Part shown: positions 52,441-64,000 of the stretch, piece after piece | Layout: every line of letters begins with the position of its first letter | Numbering within the stretch: the first letter of the stretch is position 1 | Origin: Ignavibacteriota bacterium | GTDB lineage: Bacteria > Bacteroidota > Ignavibacteria > UBA10030 > UBA6906 | NCBI GenBank assembly: GCA_963801355.1 | Contig: CAWDEM010000008.1 | Span: forward strand, 1,472,001-1,536,000 | Length of the DNA: 64,000 nucleotides | Direction: 5' to 3' | Made by a program: the position numbers and the translations under genes | The notes under the pieces: model-generated | What the model saw: the letters and a program-made list of their open reading frames with translations, nothing else | Databases searched by the model: none | Told to the model about the DNA's origin: nothing

Positions 52441-53916
52441 CTATTCGAACATGCCGGATTCGTTGCAGACGATTTCGATCAACATGACCAGCGCCCGAAC
52501 GATCATCCGGGCACGCTCGGGAATCAGCTGACCATGCTCATCCGTCGTACCCAACCCGGGCGAGATGAAGATGTTCGCGTCGTATGCGATGGTCGGAATG
52601 ATCCCCATCTGGCTCATGCCATCCTGGAAGATGTTTGTCCCGGAATACATGTCTTCGATGGAGAAGATGGGAATGCCGAGCTTGCCGTCTTTCCAGCTGT
52701 CTTCATAGTTCACCTCGACCGCACCGGAGTTGTAGCTCTTGGCGATCTTAAAGAACGGACGGATGCGTGAGTCGATTTTCGCGAATTCTGCGACTACGAT
52801 GTCGTGCAGTTCATCAATGGGCTTCGTCATGACTTCCGGCTTGTCACGGAGCACTTTGAGGGCCGCCACCTGACCGGAGAGGGCCTCCTTGCCTGGATCC
52901 ATGGTAACGTACGCAGCTTTACCGTACGACGTCGTCGTGCCAAACCGGGCGCCGTGGTAGCCGAGAGCACGGCGGATCGGCACCATAACTTCTTCCCTGC
53001 CGATGATCAATGCACTGGTCGGTGAGCCGCTGGCCTTGTCCATGCTGAAGATCATGATATCTGCGCCGATCTTCTTGATGCTGTTGCCGATGATCGGAAT
53101 GCCCCACGCGTTGTCGATGATGTACGGAACATCATAGGACCGGGCGATTTCGGCGATCCCCTTCTGCAGCAGCGGCGTGCCATCGGCGTCCTTCGTGCCG
53201 TAGCCGTACCCAGGAGTATCATAACCAAGCGAGGCAAATCCGCCCAGGAGCGTTTCATGCTGCTTTGCCGCGGTCCGGATTGCTGCAATCGAAGCCTTGG
53301 CATCGACGTTCTTCATCAACGGAACGGGATGGTATTTGATGCCCTGGACAGGATAGGAGGCACCCGGAAGGGGCACAAACACCGTATCGAGATTGTGCGC
53401 GCGCTTACCGTAGAATCCCAACTCGCCGGCCGTACTGCCGCGATCAGCGAGAATATCCTTGTATTTGGGGGGGTACGGACGCCCATAGCCGCCCTGATGA
53501 TGGATGTGACGCTCCCAGGGAGCGATGTACCGTGTGCGGTAGTTGTCGCCACGCCCCTGGAACGGGGGAGACACGAGGCAGTCAAAACTCACCCAGAGGC
53601 CGCCTTCACAGGTATTAACCGGCGCGGCATCATAGTCGTCGCCATAAGCGCCCTTGACGATCTCGCGGATCTGATCGACATATACGGTGAGCGAAACGAC
53701 CTTGCGCCCTTCGACCGCCATCGCTTTTTCGATATCTTCACGCAACGGAGAGGGACATCCGGAGATGGCGCCGGTGAGTCCGATTGCGCCTTTCAATTCT
53801 GCCGGCATCTTGAGCGTCTCCGCAGCCTTCTTTGCCTCCGCATAAATCTTCGGCAGGTTTGCCTGAAGCCGCTTGTACATCTGGAATTTGAACGACGGTC
53901 GTGCCATTGAATGCAT
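52441..53916 (-). CDS. Fold-type I PLP-dependent enzyme, SelA/DgaE-like
   Basis: VPYIIDNAWG and IFSMDKASGSPTSALIIGR (putative PLP lysine). Confidence 0.78.
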   Translation of the reverse strand: MHSMARPSFKFQMYKRLQANLPKIYAEAKKAAETLKMPAELKGAIGLTGAISGCPSPLREDIEKAMAVEGRKVVSLTVYVDQIREIVKGAYGDDYDAAPVNTCEGGLWVSFDCLVSPPFQGRGDNYRTRYIAPWERHIHHQGGYGRPYPPKYKDILADRGSTAGELGFYGKRAHNLDTVFVPLPGASYPVQGIKYHPVPLMKNVDAKASIAAIRTAAKQHETLLGGFASLGYDTPGYGYGTKDADGTPLLQKGIAEIARSYDVPYIIDNAWGIPIIGNSIKKIGADIMIFSMDKASGSPTSALIIGREEVMVPIRRALGYHGARFGTTTSYGKAAYVTMDPGKEALSGQVAALKVLRDKPEVMTKPIDELHDIVVAEFAKIDSRIRPFFKIAKSYNSGAVEVNYEDSWKDGKLGIPIFSIEDMYSGTNIFQDGMSQMGIIPTIAYDANIFISPGLGTTDEHGQLIPERARMIVRALVMLIEIVCNESGMFE

Positions 53917-53931
53917 CCTTTCTGAAGTATG

Positions 53932-54369
53932 TTACGATTGAAAGCCGCGAATGAGGACGGACGTCCCCGGCCGGAGGCCGAGGCCTTCCCCGGTGACCCG
54001 TCCTGCTGTCTTGAGAATTATGTTCTGATGATTCGGTATGTGCGTGTCGTCATATCCGGCGATCGTCCCGATCGGCTTGCCATCCACTTCCACTTCATCG
54101 CCGACGAGCAGAATACCGCCAGTGGTCAGTTCGACGAATGCCACGTAGCCGATTCGGTCCACGGTCGCGCCCGGCACGGCGTTGGACTCGTCGGTGCTGA
54201 TGAATTCGACGATGGTGCCGGCCGGAAATGCCCGTGAGATGGGGGCTATCAGATGGAGCGCACGCGATTCCAGCATCCCGCGTAACACCGTCACCACCCT
54301 GCCACTCACGTCCGCCTTGGCGGCAAAGAATGTGCGATTGGTCATCTTCTGCTCATAGGGGTCGCCCAT
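53932..54369 (-). CDS. Conserved small beta-barrel protein (DUF6917-like)
   Basis: PGATVDRIGYVAFVE..GG...GD...IGTIAGYDDTHIPNHQNI. Confidence 0.7.
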   Translation of the reverse strand: MGDPYEQKMTNRTFFAAKADVSGRVVTVLRGMLESRALHLIAPISRAFPAGTIVEFISTDESNAVPGATVDRIGYVAFVELTTGGILLVGDEVEVDGKPIGTIAGYDDTHIPNHQNIILKTAGRVTGEGLGLRPGTSVLIRGFQS

Positions 54370-54376
54370 GGTCGCC

Positions 54377-55306
54377 TCACACAAGTTTTGTGACAAACGA
54401 ATCCACATCGCCATGCAGGAAATCCACGACGGGCAGCTCGATCATGGTATAGCAGCCGGGCTTCTGTCTCATCGCGGCACGGGCCGCGGAGACCATCACC
54501 TGCGCGGTCAGTGCGGGATTGTTGACCTTGAGCTGAAAGCGCATGGACTGGTTATGGGTGATGCCGGAGACACCGTTCCGCTCCAGCAGCACGCCGTGGC
54601 CCGTGTCCATCAACGAGGCGACGTCATCCACCTCGTAGACGTACGTCCGGTCTTTCACGAAGTACGGATCTGTCTTGATGGCGTGTTCGACTTCTTCGAA
54701 CTTTGCGCCGGATTCCAGCTGGACATAGACCATCCGGCGGTGAACACCCATTCCTGCCGGCACGGTGAGGGAGATGGCATCGTGCACTCCCTTGATGGCC
54801 CGCACGGCAACCGAGTGCCCCATGGAAAGTCCGGGTCCGTAATTCGTGTATGTGATCCCCCGCGGCGCCATGACCTGGAACCACGCCCGCATGACCGAGT
54901 CAACCCCGGGATCCCAGCCGGCGGAAAGAATCGACACCGTGTTGTGTTCACGGGCAACCTTGTCGAGTTGCTTGCGCAGTGTGGGGATATCATGATGGAT
55001 GTCAAAGCTGTCGACGGTGCGAACGCCTCGCTTCAGAATGGGTTCCACTGCCTTGACCACCGCTCGTGATGGACAGCTGACGATTGCCACGTCGATGGCG
55101 CCGAGGTCTTCGATCTCGGATGCGATCTTGACGTTCTGCATGCCGATCGGGTCACGCTCGGTCAAACGGTCCTGCTTCGTGATGAACGCCGGCACTTCGA
55201 CGACGCCGACCAGCTTCATATCCGGCTCGACGAGGATGGATTCGACTGCACAACGTCCGACATTGCCGTATCCGACGACAGCGACTTTGATGCGGGGTGT
55301 GGCCAT
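54377..55306 (-). CDS. ddh: meso-diaminopimelate dehydrogenase family (D-amino acid dehydrogenase)
   Basis: VGYGNVG, TVDSFDIH, AGWDPGVDS, GPGLSMGHS, GHGV, NPALTAQ. Confidence 0.88.
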   Translation of the reverse strand: MATPRIKVAVVGYGNVGRCAVESILVEPDMKLVGVVEVPAFITKQDRLTERDPIGMQNVKIASEIEDLGAIDVAIVSCPSRAVVKAVEPILKRGVRTVDSFDIHHDIPTLRKQLDKVAREHNTVSILSAGWDPGVDSVMRAWFQVMAPRGITYTNYGPGLSMGHSVAVRAIKGVHDAISLTVPAGMGVHRRMVYVQLESGAKFEEVEHAIKTDPYFVKDRTYVYEVDDVASLMDTGHGVLLERNGVSGITHNQSMRFQLKVNNPALTAQVMVSAARAAMRQKPGCYTMIELPVVDFLHGDVDSFVTKLV

Positions 55307-55344
55307 GACTGCTCCTGAGATAGTTCTGTTCCCTGAAGGACAGA

Positions 55345-56061
55345 TTACGTCTGTGAAGCTTTTTGTTGTTCGATGAACGCACACAGCGCAGCGCGGGCGG
55401 CATCGCCGTGCTCACGCACAAGCCGCTCCGCCGCATCGCCATCTCTTCGTGCGAGGGCCTCCAGAATGCCGGCATGCTCGCTGAGAGAGGCGGAGAGATG
55501 GGAGAGCACAGACAGATAGATGTAGTTGTAGCGCAGGGCCTGACTGCGCAAGACACGAATGTATTGAATGAGTTTTTCGTTGCGTGAAGCGTTGCTGACC
55601 GCTGCATGGAACTCTGCGTTCAGCTGGAGGATGCGGCGGTGATCGCGGGACCGGGCAGCGGCAAGACGCGTCATGCGCTCATGAATTTCCCGCAAAGCAT
55701 CCAGTTCGGCTTCGGTGATCTTTTCACTTGCCAGACGGGCCGCGAGCGACTCCAGCACGCCCTTGACCTGGTAGGTTTCCACGGCATCGTCCCGGGAGAG
55801 CTCACTCACCACGGCTCCGCGACGCGGGGTGACGTTTACAAACCCTTCGGAGTCAAGCTGCAAGAGCGCTTCACGGAGCGGAGTCCGGCTCACACCCAGC
55901 CGCGCGGCCAAATCGGGCTCGGCGAGTCTCTCTCCCGGACGGATCTTGCCGTCGATAATAGACGCCCGCACCATCTCCGCAATACGATCGCGCAGGGGCT
56001 TCACTTCCTCCAGATGCACATCCGCGAGGCTAACATCCTCCGTGCGCGCGGCGCGTGCCAT
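55345..56061 (-). CDS. GntR (FadR/FCD) family regulator
   Basis: PGERLAE..LA..LGVSRTPLREAL; FCD domain FH...SLSEH. Confidence 0.92.
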   Translation of the reverse strand: MARAARTEDVSLADVHLEEVKPLRDRIAEMVRASIIDGKIRPGERLAEPDLAARLGVSRTPLREALLQLDSEGFVNVTPRRGAVVSELSRDDAVETYQVKGVLESLAARLASEKITEAELDALREIHERMTRLAAARSRDHRRILQLNAEFHAAVSNASRNEKLIQYIRVLRSQALRYNYIYLSVLSHLSASLSEHAGILEALARRDGDAAERLVREHGDAARAALCAFIEQQKASQT

Positions 56062-56075
56062 ACTCTGTTTCCTTT

Positions 56076-56095
56076 GTATATTGTATACAATATAC
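56076..56095. promoter_or_regulatory. Putative GntR operator
   Basis: Perfect 20-bp palindrome GTATATTGTATACAATATAC, 14 bp upstream of the gntR start. Confidence 0.75.
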
Positions 56096-56189
56096 TGTAT
56101 CTAAATATCGGGAGGCGTTTCCAAAAAAGCAAGCCCCGCGGAACTTTTTTCAGTTGGAAATCATTCTGAATATTGCTACCCTGTTAGCA

Positions 56190-56344
56190 GATTCATCCAG
56201 AGTGGTGGAGGGACAGACCCTGCGAAGCCACAGCAACCGGTTCCGACAGCCCCCAAAGGTGTGATGCAGATGGGCGGCGGAATGCAGGTGCTAACTTCTG
56301 TTCCCGCCCCGGCCCGTGAATGGGCGGCGGGATGAAGATGAATC
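56190..56344 (+). ncRNA. SAM-I riboswitch
   Basis: TTCATCCAGAG-TGGTGGAGGGACAGACCC-TGCGAAGCCA-CAGCAACC...GGTGCTAA...GATGAA; upstream of metY. Confidence 0.92.
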
Positions 56345-56368
56345 CGTAATGAGCCAATAGAACGCGGC

Positions 56369-58891
<2,523 letters not shown>

Positions 58892-58895
<4 letters not shown>

Positions 58896-60280
58896 AACGC
58901 ATTGTCATGAAATTCGGCGGGACGTCCGTGGAAGATGCCCCCGCAATGGAGCGCGTCGCGGCGATAACGACGGCACAACAGTGCCCGGAACGCATCGTCG
59001 TTCTCTCCGCTGCGGCCGGCGTAACCAATCAGCTTCTCCGCACCGGTGAGCTGGCCGCACAGGGACAGGAGGCGTCGGCCCTCGAAGTGCTCAGCATCAT
59101 ACGCACACGCCACCTGGCGATTGCCCGGCAGCTGCTTCCACCCTCTCTCTCCGAGCCGGTATCCACTACAATCGATTCCTGGTGCGATGAACTGGGTGAC
59201 CTTGTGCACGGCATCTCAGTGCTCGGCGAGGCGACACCACGGTCGTTTGATCTTCTGGCATCGTTCGGCGAACGGTTCTCCACGCTGATTTTCCATGCGC
59301 ATCTGCAAGCACTGGGTCTCGCGGCGGAGCTTGTGGACGCCCGATCGTTTATGATCACCGATCACCAGTTCACGCGTGCGCTTCCCGACCTGCACGTCAT
59401 CCCGCGGAAGCTCGAGGAGCACGTCATGCCCGTTCTCCGCCGCGGAGCCATTGTGGTGACCCAGGGATTCATCGGGGCAACGGCCAACCATATCACCACC
59501 ACCATAGGGCGCGGTGGATCGGACCATTCGGCCGCGCTCATTGGATCGCTCCTGGATGCTGATGAGATTCAGATCTGGACTGATGTCGACGGCATTCTGA
59601 CTGCAGACCCATCGATCGTGCCCGATGCGCACCGCATCAAGGTCATGTCGTTCATGGAGGCATCCGAGCTCGCCTATTTCGGTGCCCGTGTCCTGCACCC
59701 GGACGCCATCCTGCCGGCAATCAGCAAACATATCCCCGTCCGCGTGCTGAACTCGCGCCGCCCCGCATCGCACGGCACGACTATTATCGCGCAGCCTGGC
59801 GCATCGGGGCACTGCATTGTGAAATCCATCGCGTACAAGGAACACATTACACTGATCAGCATCGTCTCCACGCGGATGTTCCTGGCGCATGGATTTCTCG
59901 AGAATATTTTCGATGTGTTCCACAAGTACCGCACGGTGGTGCACACGGTGGCCACGTCGGACATCAGCGTCTCGGCCACCATCAACGACACGACCCATCT
60001 CTCGGAGATCGTCGGAGAGTTGGGGCAGTTTGCGACGGTCAGAGCATCCGCAGCCAAGGCCATCGTCTGCGTTGTCGGAGACAATCTGCGGAACAGTCCG
60101 GGTGTTGCCGCGCGGGTGCTCAATGCCATCAGTGCGGTAAATATTAACATGATCTCGGCGGGCGCATCGGAGATCAACGTCAGCTTCGTGGTGGACGATG
60201 CACACCTGGAGGACGTCGTCCGCCTCCTTCACGATGAGTTTTTCAACTCACAGGACATTAACAGGGACATATTCGACTGA
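58892..60280 (+). CDS. lysC: Aspartate kinase
   Basis: KFGGTSV, GRGGSD, WTDVDG, two ACT domains. Confidence 0.94.
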
Positions 60281-61284
60281 TGAGCAACCGCACGTACAGG
60301 GTGATTGTCGCAGGCGCCACGGGCCTGGTGGGACGCAAGATGATCCAGGTGCTCGAAGAGCGCCGGTTCCCGGTCAGCGCGCTGATTCCTCTCGCTTCTG
60401 CCCGCTCTGTGGGGCGGTTGCTGCGGTTCCACGGGGCGGATCTGCCGGTGCAGGAGCTCTCCGAAGCTTCTCTTGCCGAGGCAAAGGCAGACATCGCGCT
60501 GTTTTCCGCGGGAGCGTCCGTCAGCAGGCAGTTTGCCCCGATTGCCGCACGTCTGGGCATCGTGGTCATTGACAACAGCAGCGCATTCCGGATGGAGCCC
60601 GGCGTGCCGCTCGTCGTCCCCGAAGTGAACCCGCAATCGGCCTTCATGCACAGGGGCATTATCGCCAACCCCAACTGCTCGACGATCCAGATGGTGGTAG
60701 CACTGAAGCCGCTACACGACGCATTTACCATCAAACGGATTGTCGTGGCCACCTACCAATCGGTCACGGGTGCGGGTTGGCGCGGGCAGCACCAATTGGA
60801 GCTGGAACTGGAAGGCAAGACGGATCCGGATCCGAAGTTCCCCCACCGCATCGCCATGAACGCCCTCCCCCATATCGACACATTCGGCGATGACGGCTAC
60901 ACAAGAGAAGAAGTGAAGATGGTGAACGAGACAAGAAAAATCATGGGGGATGATTCACTGCGGGTTACCGCGACCTGTGTGCGCGTCCCGGTGCTGGGCG
61001 GACACAGCGAAGCAATCAACGTGGAGTTCGAGATGCCTTGTGATATTGCACGGGTACGGGAACTCCTGGCGAAAGCCCCGGGAGTGATTCTCGTGGATGA
61101 TCCGCAGCGTGCGCGCTATCCCCTGCCGCTCGATGCGCACGACCGCGATGAGGTGTTTGTGGGCCGGATCCGCATCGACACAACGGTTCCCTCAGGCATC
61201 AACATGTGGGTCGTATCCGACAATCTCCGGAAGGGCGCGGCAACAAATGCGGTACAGATCGCGGAGTTGTTGAAAGAACCCTAG
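60280..61284 (+). CDS. asd: Aspartate-semialdehyde dehydrogenase
   Basis: GATGLVG, IANPNCST, TCVRVPV..GHSE, DNLRKGAA. Confidence 0.95.
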   Translation: MSNRTYRVIVAGATGLVGRKMIQVLEERRFPVSALIPLASARSVGRLLRFHGADLPVQELSEASLAEAKADIALFSAGASVSRQFAPIAARLGIVVIDNSSAFRMEPGVPLVVPEVNPQSAFMHRGIIANPNCSTIQMVVALKPLHDAFTIKRIVVATYQSVTGAGWRGQHQLELELEGKTDPDPKFPHRIAMNALPHIDTFGDDGYTREEVKMVNETRKIMGDDSLRVTATCVRVPVLGGHSEAINVEFEMPCDIARVRELLAKAPGVILVDDPQRARYPLPLDAHDRDEVFVGRIRIDTTVPSGINMWVVSDNLRKGAATNAVQIAELLKEP

Positions 61285-62168
61285 AACACCATCGTCACCC
61301 CGACCATAAACGTACTATTGCTGATCGGTGCCTCCGAATCGAATGGCCAGTTGCCATCCTTCTTCCGCAGTTCATACACCCCGTAGGATAAGGCATTCTT
61401 CAATACGAAGTTCACCACAGGCACCGCCTCCGGGGTCGAACGGAGAATCCTTTCGACGAATTTATCGAGAGCCCATGTCCCTGCCCCTTCGACGATGACA
61501 CTCCCCAGCCACTGCCAGAGTTTATGACGGCGATAGATCACCGACCGTTCGTAGCCCGCGTCTACCGCGAGAAGCGGGAGTACGTGGAAACGGACCATCC
61601 CGCCGCTTCGCGTGCCGAAGCGCAGTCCGGATTCGTACATCCCCAGGAGCGAACTGTCGGCGCTGTTTGTAATCCCGCCCTTCAAGCTGAAACTCGTCCA
61701 CTGGACCCCCTGTGAGGTCAGAAGATTGATGGAGGGACCTTCAAGCGAACCCGCCAACGCGTATCCATACCCGTCTTCCCAGACACCCCCGAACCGCCAT
61801 GCAGCATACTTCACCTCTCCCGGTTCCGGCTCGCCACCGAGATCACTGGAGGCCACCCCGAGAAAGAGACAGTCGTTCCTGTGCTCGACGATCGCCTCGG
61901 ATTCGTATGATTCGCGATGGAGAAGTCCGCCGAGACGCACTTCCGCAGTCCGCGGACTGAACAACGACTGCGCGGCGCCGTCCAGACTGCTCTGCATCCA
62001 ACCGTACGACAGGCCCAGCGTCGGGTTGCGGTGTGACATGAACTGGATCCAACGGTCATGATCATGCTCACGCCATTTCACCGAATCCTCCTGAGCGGCG
62101 GCGACGCCGGTCCAGAAAGCAAGGCACAGAATCGCGCCTGTGATGACCACCTTCTTGTTCATTCTCAT
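61281..62168 (-). CDS. Hypothetical outer-membrane protein
   Basis: Signal peptide, beta-strand-rich, terminal Phe. Confidence 0.7.
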   Translation of the reverse strand: MRMNKKVVITGAILCLAFWTGVAAAQEDSVKWREHDHDRWIQFMSHRNPTLGLSYGWMQSSLDGAAQSLFSPRTAEVRLGGLLHRESYESEAIVEHRNDCLFLGVASSDLGGEPEPGEVKYAAWRFGGVWEDGYGYALAGSLEGPSINLLTSQGVQWTSFSLKGGITNSADSSLLGMYESGLRFGTRSGGMVRFHVLPLLAVDAGYERSVIYRRHKLWQWLGSVIVEGAGTWALDKFVERILRSTPEAVPVVNFVLKNALSYGVYELRKKDGNWPFDSEAPISNSTFMVGVTMVF

Positions 62169-62234
62169 CCTCCGGTTGATCGCAAAGTCGGGTACACACC
62201 ATACTACGCAAACCGGGCCCCCGGGGTTACAGTC

Positions 62235-62322
62235 TCAAACCTTCCAGACCCCGTGGTTCACAGCCCCAACCCGTCCAGACCATGACGTGGCGGTTTCAAA
62301 CCGTCCAGACTCCGGGGATCAC
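62235..62322. repeat. Three degenerate 30-bp-period repeats at the amrS 3' end
   Basis: AAACCTTCCAGAC, AACCCGTCCAGAC and AAACCGTCCAGAC recur at about 62237, 62268 and 62298. Confidence 0.5.
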
Positions 62323-63444
62323 CGTGCCACAGTAACTGCACTTGCCATTCTTCATATGGTTCACGTGAATCGCGTACCCCCGTCGTTCGACGATCATCTT
62401 CTTGCAGCGATGACAGTAGGTATGCTCGGCATCGTGACCCGGAACGTTCCCGACATAGACGTACTTCATTCCGGCGCTCACAGCCGCCGCATGGGCGTCC
62501 TCAAGCCGTTTCACCGGCGTCGGGGCCAGCTGGTTGAGCTTGTACATCGGTACAAAGCGGCTGAAATGGAGCGGCACATCATCAAGTCCGTTCTTGCACA
62601 ACCAGTCGCACATCCGCCGGATCATATCCAGATCATCACTCCATCCCGGGATCACCAGGTTTGTGATCTCCAGCCAGACATGCATCTCATGAAACACCCG
62701 GAGTGTCCGGAGCACAGGGGCGAGTTTTCCGGCGTTCAGCCGCGAGTAGATGTTCTCGTCGAAGCTCTTCAGGTCGATATTCGCAGCATCGATCACCCGG
62801 CAGAGTTTTCGCAGCGGTTCCTCTTCTATGTAGCCGTTGGACTTCCAGACATTCCGAATCCCTTCCCGGCGGGCGATCTCCGCCGTGTCGTACGCATATT
62901 CGTAGAACGTGGTCGGCTCGGAGTACGTGTACGCGATCGATGCGCAACCGGTCCGGCGGCATTCATCCACCACCGCGCGCGGCATCAAATCCTGATTCTC
63001 GGTTTCCTTCGGACTCACCTGAGAGATTTGCCAGTTCTGACAATTCAGGCAGGCCAGATTGCATCCCGCAGCAGCGATGGAAAATGCCCGCGTCCCGGGA
63101 AGGAAGTGCAGCAGGGGTTTCTTCTCAATCGGGTCAACATGAACAGCGCAGGGGTTGCCATAGGCAATGGAGTACAGCTTTCCCCCGACGTTCACCCGGT
63201 TGCGGCAGAGTCCGGCTCCACCGACGGGGATGGTGCAATCGTTCGGGCATTTCAGGCAATGGATGGCATCTCCCGCTTGCTCCACGAAAAGCGCTTCCTT
63301 GCTCCATTTCCAGAGCTCGTCGCCGGCGGGAGCCCCGTTCAGCCACCCGGAGATCTCCGCATGCAGGTGTGCCGGCATCGGCCTCGTAAACACTGTATGC
63401 ATTGCACCAAATGCACAACACTGAAGGAATTCACGCTTTTTCAT
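62296..63444 (-). CDS. amrS: AmmeMemoRadiSam system radical SAM enzyme
   Basis: DPIEKKPLLHF, GCNLACLNCQNWQISQ, YTYSEP, LHFSRF, YVGNV, terminal PGVW. Confidence 0.9.
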   Translation of the reverse strand: MKKREFLQCCAFGAMHTVFTRPMPAHLHAEISGWLNGAPAGDELWKWSKEALFVEQAGDAIHCLKCPNDCTIPVGGAGLCRNRVNVGGKLYSIAYGNPCAVHVDPIEKKPLLHFLPGTRAFSIAAAGCNLACLNCQNWQISQVSPKETENQDLMPRAVVDECRRTGCASIAYTYSEPTTFYEYAYDTAEIARREGIRNVWKSNGYIEEEPLRKLCRVIDAANIDLKSFDENIYSRLNAGKLAPVLRTLRVFHEMHVWLEITNLVIPGWSDDLDMIRRMCDWLCKNGLDDVPLHFSRFVPMYKLNQLAPTPVKRLEDAHAAAVSAGMKYVYVGNVPGHDAEHTYCHRCKKMIVERRGYAIHVNHMKNGKCSYCGTVIPGVWTV

Positions 63445-64000
63445 AGCTTCTCCAGACGGGAGATGTCAATGAGATACCCGCACCTGTAATCACTGCGGCC
63501 GCACCAATGTTGGCCACTGCCTGCACCCCCACCAGCGGTAACAAGAACGGACCGACGAGCAGCGCACCTATCGCCGAGCCGAGCAGGTCCGCGCCATAGA
63601 GCCGTGACCCATTGCCGACAGGATCCTGCAACCTCACCCGCGATGTGAGTGTGAAGACGGCACCCGCACAGAGCGATCCAAACGTCAGACACACCACAAG
63701 ACCCGCCACACCTATGATGAGATCCTCTGACGTCGCGGACTGCAGGAAGGCGGAGGCCAGAAGAGTAACGGCCAGGCCGCACTGCATGACCGCATACCGG
63801 CGGGAGGTCAGTTTCAGATACCCCCCGGCAAATGCACCGATTCCCATGCCCGCCATGTAGAGACCTATGAGCGCACCGCTCATCTTGTAGACATTCCCGA
63901 ACGCGACCTGTACGATCATCAGGGCAATCAGCTCGAGCGTGATGCCGCCGAAGCCGGCGACCACCACCCCGAGCGACTCCCTGTCTGTCCGGACGATGAG
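63431..64000 (-). CDS. C-terminal part of a membrane protein (spermidine-synthase-associated type), truncated by the window edge
   Basis: Frame open to 64000; LYGADLLGSAIG motif and several transmembrane helices. Confidence 0.7.
   Translation of the reverse strand, partial: LIVRTDRESLGVVVAGFGGITLELIALMIVQVAFGNVYKMSGALIGLYMAGMGIGAFAGGYLKLTSRRYAVMQCGLAVTLLASAFLQSATSEDLIIGVAGLVVCLTFGSLCAGAVFTLTSRVRLQDPVGNGSRLYGADLLGSAIGALLVGPFLLPLVGVQAVANIGAAAVITGAGISLTSPVWRSYEKA

Overview
Bacterial DNA, probably from an Ignavibacteria-like FCB-group organism; this is inferred from several proteins ending in a 'NYPNPFNP' T9SS-type sorting domain. An initiator tRNA-Met gene (43890-43962, minus strand) divides the window. 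The left part looks accessory. It holds a rhamnogalacturonan utilisation locus without a SusD (PL26, PL9, TonB receptor, rhaM), two integrase-core IS elements (one split by an intact group II intron), an AbiE type IV toxin-antitoxin pair, and a Ser/Thr kinase. It also holds a divalent-cation transport cluster preceded by a candidate structured RNA and a CxxC/HPP leader ORF, plus three relic copies of the tRNA 3' end (putative att scars). The right part holds GH2 and GH27 hydrolases, a SAM-I-controlled metY-metX-lysC-asd operon and amrS. The most striking feature is a GntR-led seven-gene operon (49275-56061). It encodes a rearranged homolog of B12-dependent lysine 5,6-aminomutase that lacks the usual PLP-lysine loop. 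Alongside are a stand-alone dimerisation-like subunit, a SelA-like PLP enzyme, a DAP-dehydrogenase-family enzyme and a KamB-like P-loop protein, together suggesting an uncharacterised B12 radical amino-acid pathway. All family assignments come from motif recognition and recalled sequences, not database searches.
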